From contig CAXXIA010000002.1 of assembly GCA_963666985.2 (NCBI GenBank), forward strand, positions 832,001 to 896,000: 64,000 nucleotides of DNA, written 5' to 3'. This DNA is from Spirochaetia bacterium (GTDB lineage: Bacteria > Spirochaetota > Spirochaetia > DSM-2461). The notes under the pieces are model-generated. The model made no database searches and was not told the origin of the DNA. It saw nothing but the letters and a program-made list of their open reading frames with translations. Within the stretch, counting starts at the first letter, position 1, and every line of letters begins with the position of its first letter. Made by a program: the position numbers and the translations under genes. This document shows positions 17,652 through 27,277 of the stretch, one piece after another.

Positions 17652-19595
17652 TTGGTCTCCGAATTTCCCCATCTCTTTCAATCGCTTAAAGTCGGAAATC
17701 TCCGTATTAAGAATCGTATTCAGCTTGCTCCCATGTCGTTCACAATCGTCGGTCCGAAAGGCGGTTATTCCAAAGACAATATTGCATTCTATGAGGCCGT
17801 GGCCAAAGGCGGTACGGGACTTGTTACCCTGGGAGAAGCCATCGTTTCTCTAAAAAACGGAAAAACGCATCCTCATATGGTCAGAATCTGCGATCCTGAA
17901 GTCTTTCCGACTCTCGCGGATGTGGCGGAAGCGATCCATCGGCACAACGCCCTTATTTCCATTGAAATTTCACATGGCGGGGGGGCCGATCTCTGCCTGC
18001 CCTCCTATAACGACGGCCGCAACCCCATGGGCCCGACAGCTTTTATACGGGAAGACGGCGTTCAAGTCGACGAAATGGATGAATCCATGATGAACGACGT
18101 GGCCGACGAGTTCGCCGATGCCGCGGAGACTCTGAAGCGGGCGGGCTTCGATATGGTCCAAATCCATGCCGGACACGGATGGCTTTTAAGTCAGTTCTTA
18201 TCTCCTTTTAATAATAAGCGGACGGACAAATACGGCGGATCTTTAGAAAATCGCGCCCGATTCCCTCTGATGGTTATCGACAGAGTTCGGGAACGGGTAG
18301 GTGGAAACTTTCCCCTGGAAATGCGCATCAGCGGAACCGAAAAAAGAGAAAACGGCTGGGAGCTGGAAGATGCCGTCGAGTTCTGCCGGATGGCTGAAGA
18401 TAAAATCGACTACATCCAAGTTTCCGCCGGGGGAATATTCAGCGAAGACGGAACCCACATTATGTCTCCGGGGATGTTCCTGCCCAGAGGCTGCAATGTC
18501 TATTTGGCGGAAGCCGTCAAAAAGGCGGTGAAGATTCCCGTAGCCTGCGTGGGCGGAATAGCCGAACCGGAAATGATGGAAGACATCATCGCTTCGGGTA
18601 AAGCGGACATGGTGACTCTGGGCAGGGCGCTCATCGCGGATACCGATCTTCCGAACAAAGCGAAATACGGCCGAACCGATGAAATCTTTCGCTGCCTCAG
18701 GTGCACCGAATGCCACGGGCGTCTTTTTGCCAAGGGTTCCATGAAGTGCCAAATCAATCCGAAAGTCGGAAGAGAATACGAAAACCAATTCATGATTCCT
18801 CCCGCCGAGTATTCCAAAAAAATTCTTATCGCCGGAGGCGGCCCCGCCGGCATGCAGGCCGCCATAACGGCCTCCGAGCGCGGGCATGATGTGATCCTTT
18901 GTGAAAAGAAGGATTCTCTCGGAGGCGCGCTGCAATTCGCCGATAACGAACCGTTCAAAGCGGATCTGGCCTACTTCTATAAGCAGCTTATTCACCGGCT
19001 TCAAAAAAGCGGCGCGGAAGTCAGACTCGGCACGCAGGTAACGCCGGAACTGGTGAAGGACGCCGCACCGGAAGTTCTGATTTGCGCCGTCGGGGCCGAG
19101 CCGATCATTCCGAGAATCCCCGGTATCGATTCCCCTCATGTTATTCTGGGAACTCAAGTCTATTCCAAGGCCGATTCCCTCGGTGAAAACATCATCATTA
19201 TCGGCGGGGGACTGATCGGGTGCGAATTGGCCGTCCATTTCTCCTCCGAGGGGAAAAAGGTCACGATTATCGAAATGCTGGACGATATCGCCCCGGAGAC
19301 GAATCCTCCGCATAAAAACTCCCTGAACCATGCGCTCAAAGGAGTCGATATCAAAACCAAAACACGATGTATCGCCATAGACGAAACGGGAGTAACCGCT
19401 CTGAATGAAAATAATGAGGGAATTCGGATTCCCGGAGATAACGTTATCGTCTCGGTGGGCATGAAGTCGCTTTCCGATACGGTAAACGGCCTGGAAGGAC
19501 TGACAACCGATTACATCGTTATCGGCGACTGCGGAAAACCGGGTAAAGTCGGCGACGCGATTCACGGCGGCTATAACGCCGCCAGAGATCTTTAG
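17652..19595 (+). CDS. NADH:flavin oxidoreductase (OYE + 4Fe-4S + FAD domain; 2,4-dienoyl-CoA reductase/BaiCD-like)
   Basis: 'KNRIQLAPM', 'HAGHGWLLSQFLSP', 'YGGSLENRARF', 'CLRCTEC..C', 'GGGPAG', 'GGGLIG'; TTG start. Confidence 0.9.
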   Translation: MVSEFPHLFQSLKVGNLRIKNRIQLAPMSFTIVGPKGGYSKDNIAFYEAVAKGGTGLVTLGEAIVSLKNGKTHPHMVRICDPEVFPTLADVAEAIHRHNALISIEISHGGGADLCLPSYNDGRNPMGPTAFIREDGVQVDEMDESMMNDVADEFADAAETLKRAGFDMVQIHAGHGWLLSQFLSPFNNKRTDKYGGSLENRARFPLMVIDRVRERVGGNFPLEMRISGTEKRENGWELEDAVEFCRMAEDKIDYIQVSAGGIFSEDGTHIMSPGMFLPRGCNVYLAEAVKKAVKIPVACVGGIAEPEMMEDIIASGKADMVTLGRALIADTDLPNKAKYGRTDEIFRCLRCTECHGRLFAKGSMKCQINPKVGREYENQFMIPPAEYSKKILIAGGGPAGMQAAITASERGHDVILCEKKDSLGGALQFADNEPFKADLAYFYKQLIHRLQKSGAEVRLGTQVTPELVKDAAPEVLICAVGAEPIIPRIPGIDSPHVILGTQVYSKADSLGENIIIIGGGLIGCELAVHFSSEGKKVTIIEMLDDIAPETNPPHKNSLNHALKGVDIKTKTRCIAIDETGVTALNENNEGIRIPGDNVIVSVGMKSLSDTVNGLEGLTTDYIVIGDCGKPGKVGDAIHGGYNAARDL

Positions 19596-19651
19596 GTAAA
19601 AACTTTTGCCGAAAGATCGGCAGAGTTTAAATATTTTCTGGAGGTACAGAA

Positions 19652-20707
19652 ATGAAAAGGAGACTCTTAATTCTCGCGGTCTTTTTCGTTATTACCGGAG
19701 GCATGACACTGTATGCCGCCGGCGGAGCGGAGGGTGCGTCAGGCGGGCAGCAAGGTCCCATCGAACTGAAGTACAACGACTTCAATTCCTCAGGTATTGG
19801 AATTACCATGATGACTGAAAAATACCTGAATGAAGTTGAAACGCTTACCGAAGGACGGGTTAAGATTACCTGTTACTTCAACGGCAGTCTGATTAAGTAT
19901 CCCGAAACCTTTCAGGGCATATCCAACGGCGTGGCCGATATTACCTATTACATGATCGGCGGCACTCCGGGCGTTCATCAGCTGAATGAAGTGTTCAACC
20001 TGCCGTTCCTCGGGTTCAAAGACAGCCCGAGCGCTTTGCGGGTTTACAACAAAATGCTGGAGGATTATCCGGCTCTTCAGGAAGAAAACGAACAGTACAA
20101 TGTTCGGGCTTTGGCCATCCATCCCATGCTTCCGTTCCACCTGCATATGACCGACAAACTTTGCAGAACTCCGGCCGACATGAAGGGTGAGAAAATCCTT
20201 GCCGAAGGACACAACGCCGTTATGTTCAGCGATATGGGAGCTTCGGCCATGAATATGGGTCCTCAGGATTGGTACACATCCCTGCAGAGAAACGTGGTAA
20301 ACGGACACTTCACCCACTTCGTCGTTCCCATGGAATTTAAAACCGACGAACTGCTGAAATACCACACCATGTTCGGAGAAGGCGGCGGCGGGAACGGATG
20401 CATCGTCTACCTCGTCAATCTGGATTCCTGGAACAAATTAACTCCGGAAGATCAGAAAATCGTCGGCGATGTGTTCCAAAAGATTAATGAGGAAGCCGTT
20501 ACACTTGATCTCGGACTTCAGGAAAAGGCCTTTGCCAGCCTTGAGGCGCAGGGAGGTCATACCATCGTGACACTCACACCCGCCGAAATGGAACTCTGGC
20601 GAAAAGCCGCGCAGCCGGCGATCAACGAATGGATTGAAGCCACCGAATCCAAGGGTCTTCCCGGAAAAAGAATCTATAAAGCCATCACCGAACTGGCGGC
20701 TCAATAA
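19652..20707 (+). CDS. dctP: TRAP transporter solute-binding protein
   Basis: Signal peptide; 'LPF', 'DMKGEKI', 'YTSLQRNVVNG', 'WNKLTPEDQ'; precedes small and large permeases. Confidence 0.88.
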   Translation: MKRRLLILAVFFVITGGMTLYAAGGAEGASGGQQGPIELKYNDFNSSGIGITMMTEKYLNEVETLTEGRVKITCYFNGSLIKYPETFQGISNGVADITYYMIGGTPGVHQLNEVFNLPFLGFKDSPSALRVYNKMLEDYPALQEENEQYNVRALAIHPMLPFHLHMTDKLCRTPADMKGEKILAEGHNAVMFSDMGASAMNMGPQDWYTSLQRNVVNGHFTHFVVPMEFKTDELLKYHTMFGEGGGGNGCIVYLVNLDSWNKLTPEDQKIVGDVFQKINEEAVTLDLGLQEKAFASLEAQGGHTIVTLTPAEMELWRKAAQPAINEWIEATESKGLPGKRIYKAITELAAQ

Positions 20708-20797
20708 ACAGATTGAGAATGCATTCCGTGTCTTCCCGATTTTTCGCGGAGGCACGGAAATGCATTTTTTAGTTTTCAAAGAAAGAACAGGTTTTCC

Positions 20798-21295
20798 ATG
20801 AATAAATTTATTAAGTGGTTCGTTTCCATACCGGCAATCGTTGCGGGATCGGTTCTGATTCTCATTATGCTCTTAACCACCCTCGATGTTATTATGCGGT
20901 TTTTCTTCAACGCGCCCATTACGGGCAGTTCGGAAATAACTCAGCGCTTCATCATCGTTGCCGGATTTCTGGGTATAGGCTGGTGTGCTTTGAATAATCA
21001 GCATATCAAGGTTGATATTCTGGTGGGGAAACTTCCTCCCAAGGGGCAGAAAGTCTTTACGATTTTTAATTACCTTGTCGTCGGCATCATCAGTGCTCTC
21101 ATCGGAACGCAAAGCTTTAAGCAGGCGGCTCTTGTGAAAAAGATGCATGTCCAGTCACAGCTTCTTGGAATCCCGAATTTTCCCTTTTACTATGTCGTGT
21201 CCGTTTCTTACTTTATTTTGTTTATCACGATTTTATTCCTGCTTGTTATGACGATTCTCAACAAAAATCCTGAGGTGGAAGATCATGAGTCCTGA
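20798..21295 (+). CDS. dctQ: TRAP transporter small permease
   Basis: 4 TM, 'DVIMRFFFNAPITGSSE', 'HIKVD'. Confidence 0.9.
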   Translation: MNKFIKWFVSIPAIVAGSVLILIMLLTTLDVIMRFFFNAPITGSSEITQRFIIVAGFLGIGWCALNNQHIKVDILVGKLPPKGQKVFTIFNYLVVGIISALIGTQSFKQAALVKKMHVQSQLLGIPNFPFYYVVSVSYFILFITILFLLVMTILNKNPEVEDHES

Positions 21296-22586
21296 ACTAA
21301 TCGGCATCATCGGAATAGTTGTTCTTCTCGTCTTGATCTTCATGCGCGTCTGGATCGGTTTCGCCATGACGGCCGTCGGACTCGTCGGATACTGGATTCT
21401 CGAAGGATGGACCAGAACCGCCGTTATGATAGGAACCGAGCCATTCAGCCAAATCTCGGACCTGACTCTGGCCACCATTCCTCTTTTCGTCCTTATGGGA
21501 GCCGTTATTTCGAACACCAATCTGGGAAAAGATCTCTTCGAGACGGCATCCAAATGGATCGGTTCCATCCGCGGCGGGCTTGCATCCGCAACCGTATTGG
21601 CCTGCGCAGCTTTCGCGGCGGTTTGCGGTCATACATCGGCAACATCCATTACCATGGGCAAGATCGCCCTGCCGGAAATGAAGCGCTATAAATACAATGA
21701 GAAGTTCGCGGCCGGGGCCTGTACCGCGGGCGGAACCATCGGCATTATGATTCCGCCGAGCATCGCCTTCATCCTCTATGGGCTTATTACCCAAGTGTCC
21801 ATTGGAAAACTCTTTCTCGCCGGTTTTATTCCCGGAATCCTGCAGGCCGTTTTCTATATGGCAACCATCATGATCATCACCCGCATTAAACCGGATTGGG
21901 GTCCGGCGACTTCGCAGAAATTCACCATGAAGGAAAAACTCGGCTCGCTGAAACTCAGCGGACCGGTTATGCTCATTTTCCTCATCGCCATCGGCGGTAT
22001 TTACCTGGGCGTTTTTACTCCGACCGAAGCCGGTGCCGGCGGCGCTTTCGCGGCCATTATTATTTCCCTTATCGCCAAACGCCTGAAATGGCCGCAGTTT
22101 AAAGGTACGATGCTGGAAACCACCATGATGACCGGTATGATGATCGCGCTCATGGCCGGTGCTTATATTTTTCAGCGTTTCATTACAGTCAGCAAAGTCC
22201 CCTTTCTCATCAGCGACAGCATCGCCGCCATGGGGCTGGGAAAAACACAATTCATGCTGGTTGTGGTTTTCTTCTACCTTTTCCTCGGCTGCTTCATGGA
22301 CATCTTCGGGGCCATTATTCTGACCATTCCCATCATCATGCCCACGGTCAACGCACTGGGAATCAATCCCGTTTGGTTCGGCGTTATCGTTGTCAGGCTT
22401 ATGGAAATCGGCCTGATTACTCCTCCGCTGGGAATGGATGTTTTCACCTTCAGCGGCGCCATGAAAATCCCAACCGGAACGGTTTTCCGGGGAATCGCTC
22501 CCTTTGTTCTGGCGGATTTCCTGCACTTAATGCTTCTGCTCTTCATTCCTCAGCTTTCGCTGTTCCTGGCCGGCGGCGGAATGTAG
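21285..22586 (+). CDS. dctM: TRAP transporter large permease
   Basis: 'IPLFVLMG', 'GTIGIMIPPS', 'GVFTPTEA', 'ITPPLG'. Confidence 0.93.
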   Translation: MSPELIGIIGIVVLLVLIFMRVWIGFAMTAVGLVGYWILEGWTRTAVMIGTEPFSQISDLTLATIPLFVLMGAVISNTNLGKDLFETASKWIGSIRGGLASATVLACAAFAAVCGHTSATSITMGKIALPEMKRYKYNEKFAAGACTAGGTIGIMIPPSIAFILYGLITQVSIGKLFLAGFIPGILQAVFYMATIMIITRIKPDWGPATSQKFTMKEKLGSLKLSGPVMLIFLIAIGGIYLGVFTPTEAGAGGAFAAIIISLIAKRLKWPQFKGTMLETTMMTGMMIALMAGAYIFQRFITVSKVPFLISDSIAAMGLGKTQFMLVVVFFYLFLGCFMDIFGAIILTIPIIMPTVNALGINPVWFGVIVVRLMEIGLITPPLGMDVFTFSGAMKIPTGTVFRGIAPFVLADFLHLMLLLFIPQLSLFLAGGGM

Positions 22587-22695
22587 TTAAAAATTGTTTT
22601 AGCCTTATAGGTGAAACCAATCGGCGCGTGACCGGTCGAAGACTTCGATCGATCCACGTGCCGTTTTCATATTTCAATAAAACGGAGGAATTTAC

Positions 22696-24654
22696 ATGAA
22701 TACATATCCGCATGTTTTCAGTCCTTACACAATAAAAAAGACAACGTTCAAGAACCGAATTTTCGCCGCACCGGCAACGACAAACCGAATCGCCATCGGC
22801 GGCGCACCGACCCAGGAAGGTATCGATACCTACGAAACCCGCGCCCGCGGAGGCTTCGCCCAGGTAACCGTTACCGAAACGTTCGTGGATTTCGAATACG
22901 CCGCCAGGCATGAACACGGTTTGGATTTGGTTTCTCCCCATCAAACAACCCACCATATGGAATCCATCGCCATTCTGACCGATGCCATCCGCTGTCACGG
23001 TGCGGTTCCTTCCATACAGCTCAACCATGTGGGGAACGTGAACCATCCGGACTCACTGGGCGGTAAAAATCCCATCGGTCCCTCGGCCATGGTTCGGCCC
23101 GACGGCGTTCGGATCGACGAAATGGACGAAGCGATGATTGAGCATGTCTCGGACAATTTCGCCAATGCCTGCGGCGCGGCCAAAGCTTTCGGTTTCGAGA
23201 TGATTATGCTTCACGGAGGACACGGGTGGCTCCTCAGTCAATTCACCTCCCCTCTTTCCAATAAAAGAACGGACCGATGGGGCGGGAATCTGGAAAACAG
23301 GGCCCGCTTCGCCATGCTCGTTCTGGATAAGGTACGGAAAGAAGTCGGAGATGACTTTCTGATTGAATACCGTGTTTCCGGCGATGAACGGATCGAAGGC
23401 GGCATGCACCTGGATGAGACGGTGGAATTCTGCAAAATGATCCAGGATAAGGTGGATATCATTCACGTTACCTCAGGGATTTACCACTCTCATGTTGAAA
23501 CCAAAGCCTTTTCCAGCATGTTCGACGATCACGGATGCAATATCGATCTTGCCGCCGCAGTCAAAAAGGCCGTGAATATTCCGGTCGTATCCGTCGGCGG
23601 CTACAATGACCCGGCTCTGGCAGAGAAAGTGATCGCCGAAGGCCTCTGCGATTTCGTGGCACTCGGCAGGCAGCAATTGGCCGATCCCGAATGGGTGAAT
23701 AAAGCTCTTACCGGGCGGGCCGATGAAATCGCGCCCTGTCTGCGCTGCAGCTGCTTCAATCCCCTGGCGGCGGATCCGAATGCCCGGCCCACGGCGCCTC
23801 CGTGGACCTGCACCATCAACCCCACATCCGGCCGTGAGCTGAGAATGCGCTGGGCCCCTCAGCCGAAAGGCTCCCGAAACGTTCTGGTTGTCGGAGGCGG
23901 CGTGGGAGGCATGTACGCCGCCGTCACGGCGGCCGAGCGGGGCCATAAGGTGACTCTCTGCGAAAAAGACGACAAACTCGGCGGCATCCTGTGGTTCACC
24001 GAAATCGACTACCACAAAACGGACTTGAAGAAGTATAAGGATTCCCTGATTACACGAATGTCCCGCCTCGGCGTAAAGGTCGAAATGAATACCGAAGTTG
24101 ACAAGGCTTACATCGAGAAGAAGAAGCCCGACGCGGTTATCTGCGCGGTTGGAGCCGAACCCATCGTGCCCCGTATTCCGGGAATCGAAAAAGCCCGCTC
24201 CATTTTCACCGTGTATACCGACTTCGAAAGCCTGGGGCAAAAAGTCGTCGTTATCGGCGGCGGCCTTGTGGGAAGCGAAACCGGTTTTTATCTGGCAGAA
24301 ATGGGAAAGACCGTTCATGTCGTGGAAATGCTCGACGATGTGGCCAAGGACGCCAACGACAGCCACCGCCGGGCTCTGATTCCCCGAATGAAGAAAACCC
24401 TCACCTGGGATGTAAACACCGCCTGTACGGGCATTGAAAACGGCGGCATCACCGTAAAAGGTCCCGACGGAAAGGAACGATTCATTGAGGCCGATACGGT
24501 TGTTTACGCCGTGGGGCTGAAAGCCAAAACCTCCGTGGTGGAATCCTTGCGCGGGGCGGCGAACTGGTTTATCCCCGTGGGCGACTGCATCCGGGCCCGG
24601 CGGGTTGAACAGGCGGTATACGAAGGATATATCGCGGCAATGGATATTCTTTAA
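22696..24654 (+). CDS. NADH:flavin oxidoreductase (OYE + Fe-S + FAD domain), second paralogue
   Basis: 'HGGHGWLLSQF', 'WGGNLENRARF', 'CLRCSC...CTINP', 'GGGVGG', 'GGGLVG'. Confidence 0.9.
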   Translation: MNTYPHVFSPYTIKKTTFKNRIFAAPATTNRIAIGGAPTQEGIDTYETRARGGFAQVTVTETFVDFEYAARHEHGLDLVSPHQTTHHMESIAILTDAIRCHGAVPSIQLNHVGNVNHPDSLGGKNPIGPSAMVRPDGVRIDEMDEAMIEHVSDNFANACGAAKAFGFEMIMLHGGHGWLLSQFTSPLSNKRTDRWGGNLENRARFAMLVLDKVRKEVGDDFLIEYRVSGDERIEGGMHLDETVEFCKMIQDKVDIIHVTSGIYHSHVETKAFSSMFDDHGCNIDLAAAVKKAVNIPVVSVGGYNDPALAEKVIAEGLCDFVALGRQQLADPEWVNKALTGRADEIAPCLRCSCFNPLAADPNARPTAPPWTCTINPTSGRELRMRWAPQPKGSRNVLVVGGGVGGMYAAVTAAERGHKVTLCEKDDKLGGILWFTEIDYHKTDLKKYKDSLITRMSRLGVKVEMNTEVDKAYIEKKKPDAVICAVGAEPIVPRIPGIEKARSIFTVYTDFESLGQKVVVIGGGLVGSETGFYLAEMGKTVHVVEMLDDVAKDANDSHRRALIPRMKKTLTWDVNTACTGIENGGITVKGPDGKERFIEADTVVYAVGLKAKTSVVESLRGAANWFIPVGDCIRARRVEQAVYEGYIAAMDIL

Positions 24655-24692
24655 GGGGTAAAAGGAGGATCGCCGTTTCTCGGCGGATTTTC

Positions 24693-24722
24693 AGTCCCCG
24701 GCTCAATGCCGGGGATTTTTTT
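24693..24722 (+). terminator. Rho-independent terminator
   Basis: TCCCCGGC-TCAAT-GCCGGGGA followed by T7. Confidence 0.85.
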
Positions 24723-25096
24723 CGATTCAACCGGAATCGGCTAATTCGCCCCATCCGCCGGCACACCGTAACCGCCCAGATTCATCGATACCGACGGCTC
24801 TGGCCGGTCGGACTAAGGCCGCAGAACCAAACGAAATCCGATAATACCGCCGCGCGTATCCGGAGGATAACGATACCGGGAGGCGGCACGGCAAAACAAC
24901 ATTAATCGCCTGTTCACCCGAACTCTTCAACTCCCCGCGCAAGACTCTTTAGAAAGAGAGAGAAGTGTTTCTTGATGCTGCGTTCCGGTGAATGAAAGAA
25001 CTCGTGAAGACTTTACTTTTCCGGGAGTCATCCGGTCCGGAAGACTGCTCATTAGGGGCTCCGCTCAATCCCCCACCCCATGATAGCATCATATCC

Positions 25097-25435
25097 ATGG
25101 ACACCATCAGTTGGAACGATTTTGAGAAAGTGGAACTTCGCGTCGGAACTGTTATAAACGTCGAAGAGTTTCCGGAAGCCCGCAAACCCGCGTGGAAAAT
25201 CACGGCCGATTTCGGCAAAGAGATAGGAATCCGAAAAACAAGCGCGCAGATTACCGTACACTACAGCCCTGAGAACCTTATAGGCCGTCAGATTGTCGGC
25301 GTGGTGAACTTCCCGCCCAAACAGATCGGTCCGGTACGCAGTGAATTTCTTCTGACGGGCTTTCCCGATGAAAACGGAGATGTGGTTATCGCCGTACCGG
25401 AACGGCCGGTTCCCAACGGCGGAAAACTGTATTAG
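25097..25435 (+). CDS. csaA: CsaA/Trbp111-like tRNA-binding chaperone
   Basis: '[11 protein letters not shown]', 'FPEARKPA', 'SAQIT', '[10 protein letters not shown]', 'VPNGGKLY'; start set at ATG 25097. Confidence 0.9.
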   Translation: MDTISWNDFEKVELRVGTVINVEEFPEARKPAWKITADFGKEIGIRKTSAQITVHYSPENLIGRQIVGVVNFPPKQIGPVRSEFLLTGFPDENGDVVIAVPERPVPNGGKLY

Positions 25436-25640
25436 TGCGGTATTTCTCTTATAAGCGGCGGCTTATGGAAACGCACCGTTTCATAGTGAAAGTCCCCAAA
25501 GAGCCCCTATAGTCATCCGGCGACCTCAATCCCTTCCAATAAGCCGTCTCTTCGCTCTCTTCGGATAGGGGGACGAATCAGTGACCTATTATTGAAATAA
25601 TAGAAATTTGATATTATAGGGACATCTCAAGAGGTGAGTC

Positions 25641-26009
25641 ATGATTAAGTCCGTCAAGCCTTCAATGAAACAATTATTTGAATATGAAGAAATGTTATTA
25701 ATGAATGACCATAGGAACAATCCGGATTTTATAAAAAAAGTAATCAGCGAAGACTGCGTTGAAATTGATGAATCCGGAATGTCGAACTATAAAAAAGGCA
25801 TGAAACTGGAGCCCATCAAAGGCGTTCTCTACATTACCGATAATTCCTTTGAAAGTAAGTTTTTATCTGATGAGAATTTATTAATAACGTATGAAGCGGT
25901 TCAGGTTAGGAAAAATATCCGAATTAAAGCGAATTGCAGCTCAATATGGCGGAATGAAAACAACGCTTGGAAAGTTATCTTTCACCAAAGAACTATTCTT
26001 AACGTGTAA
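25641..26009 (+). CDS. NTF2-like / DUF4440-type protein
   Basis: 'EIDESG', 'SSIWRNENNAWKVIFHQRT'; RBS GAGGTG; AT-rich. Confidence 0.75.
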   Translation: MIKSVKPSMKQLFEYEEMLLMNDHRNNPDFIKKVISEDCVEIDESGMSNYKKGMKLEPIKGVLYITDNSFESKFLSDENLLITYEAVQVRKNIRIKANCSSIWRNENNAWKVIFHQRTILNV

Positions 26010-26106
26010 TCCGCGGATTTCCCGGGATTGCCCGAAAAAATGATTCCCGCGGCGTCCTTCTCGAAGCCGATATGAATTCTCAATCAGCACCGATAATCGG
26101 CAATCC

Positions 26107-26214
26107 GATCACGCTCACGCTCACGATCACGCTCACGCTCACGATCACGATCACGCTCACGATCAAGATCAAGATCAAGATCAAGATCAAGATCAAGATC
26201 AAGATCAAGATCAC
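26107..26214. repeat. Hexanucleotide tandem repeat, 18 units (GATCAC x5, GCTCAC x5, GATCAA x8)
   Basis: Read directly; intergenic between convergent genes. Confidence 0.97.
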
Positions 26215-26246
26215 GAATCCTCCCGAATAACAATTCGGGAGGATTC
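26215..26246. terminator. Perfect 14-bp stem-loop downstream of sugar ABC permease
   Basis: GAATCCTCCCGAAT-AACA-ATTCGGGAGGATTC. Confidence 0.7.
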
Positions 26247-26260
26247 AAACATAATCTCGG

Positions 26261-27277
26261 CTATTCTTCCGCAGGCGGCTGACCGGCAACGAGCTTCGCC
26301 CGTTTCTCGGTGGCCTCGGTCTGCAGGGTATCCAGGGTAATGGCCAGAAGAAGAACAATTCCCATGGCAACGTACTGCCAGTATTGATTCAGGTTCATCA
26401 GGTTCATACCGTTGTTCAGAAGACCGATAATCAGCATACCGACGACCATATTGTTCATCTTTCCGCCGCCGCCGCCCATCTTAATACCGCCCAGCATGGC
26501 ACCGGCCATAACGGTGAATTCCGCGCCGATACCGGTTCCCGAACTCGACGCACCGATACGTCCGGCACACATAATGGATCCCAACGCAACAAAGACTCCC
26601 GCAACGGAGAATACAAGAACCCTCATTTTGGCAAGATTAACGCCGGAAAGGGCCACCGCTTCGGGGTTGGAACCCAGGGCATAAATATTCCGTCCGAAAT
26701 AGGTCTTATTGAGAATGAAAGCTCCCAGCATGATGATAAGAATCATCACGATAATGCCTATGGGAAAAGTGAGGTTTCCCGAGGCCAATCTGAAAGTAAT
26801 GTTATACCCTCCTAAAAACTTAAAGCCCGGAGTAAAGGTTCTGAAAGTCTTGGAATTGGAGAGGAGGTAGGTTACACCGTTTAAAATGTACTGTGTGGCC
26901 AAGGTAATCATGAAGGGGAAAACTTTTAGCCTGGCGTAAATGGCGCCGTTTACGGTTCCCAGAAAAATTCCCAGGGCGAAGCCGACAAGAATAATCAGCA
27001 GTGTATTGCTTCCGCTCTTGGCCATCAGCCCCATTACAACGGCTATCGTCGATACCTGATATCCGATTGAAAGGTCCAAACCGCCCGAAAGCATGATAAA
27101 CGTTATGCCGACGCCGATAATCAGCAGATAGACATTCTGATTGACCACATTGATCAGGTTTTGAGGATTCAGAAAAGTCCCGCCGGTTGTAATGGCGAAA
27201 ATGATGATGAGAACCACAAGAACGAGATACATTATATAATCTCTTAAGATTTTGGACATTGACTGCTTAAAGCTCAT
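26261..27277 (-). CDS. Monosaccharide (CUT2) ABC permease, RbsC-like
   Basis: 'GGLDLSIG', 'TYFGRNIYALGSNPEAVALSG', 'GG..MGGGGG'. Confidence 0.92.
   Translation of the reverse strand: MSFKQSMSKILRDYIMYLVLVVLIIIFAITTGGTFLNPQNLINVVNQNVYLLIIGVGITFIMLSGGLDLSIGYQVSTIAVVMGLMAKSGSNTLLIILVGFALGIFLGTVNGAIYARLKVFPFMITLATQYILNGVTYLLSNSKTFRTFTPGFKFLGGYNITFRLASGNLTFPIGIIVMILIIMLGAFILNKTYFGRNIYALGSNPEAVALSGVNLAKMRVLVFSVAGVFVALGSIMCAGRIGASSSGTGIGAEFTVMAGAMLGGIKMGGGGGKMNNMVVGMLIIGLLNNGMNLMNLNQYWQYVAMGIVLLLAITLDTLQTEATEKRAKLVAGQPPAEE

Noticed and set aside
18243..24366. Long antisense ORFs (e.g. 18243-19565, 21297-22526, 23473-24366)
   Set aside because: Shadow frames of well-supported genes; no recognisable motifs
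24727..25096. Small ORFs or ncRNA between terminator and csaA
   Set aside because: No recognisable RNA family or coding signal
26107..26214. Tandem repeat as CRISPR array
   Set aside because: 6-bp units with no spacers; no cas genes in the window
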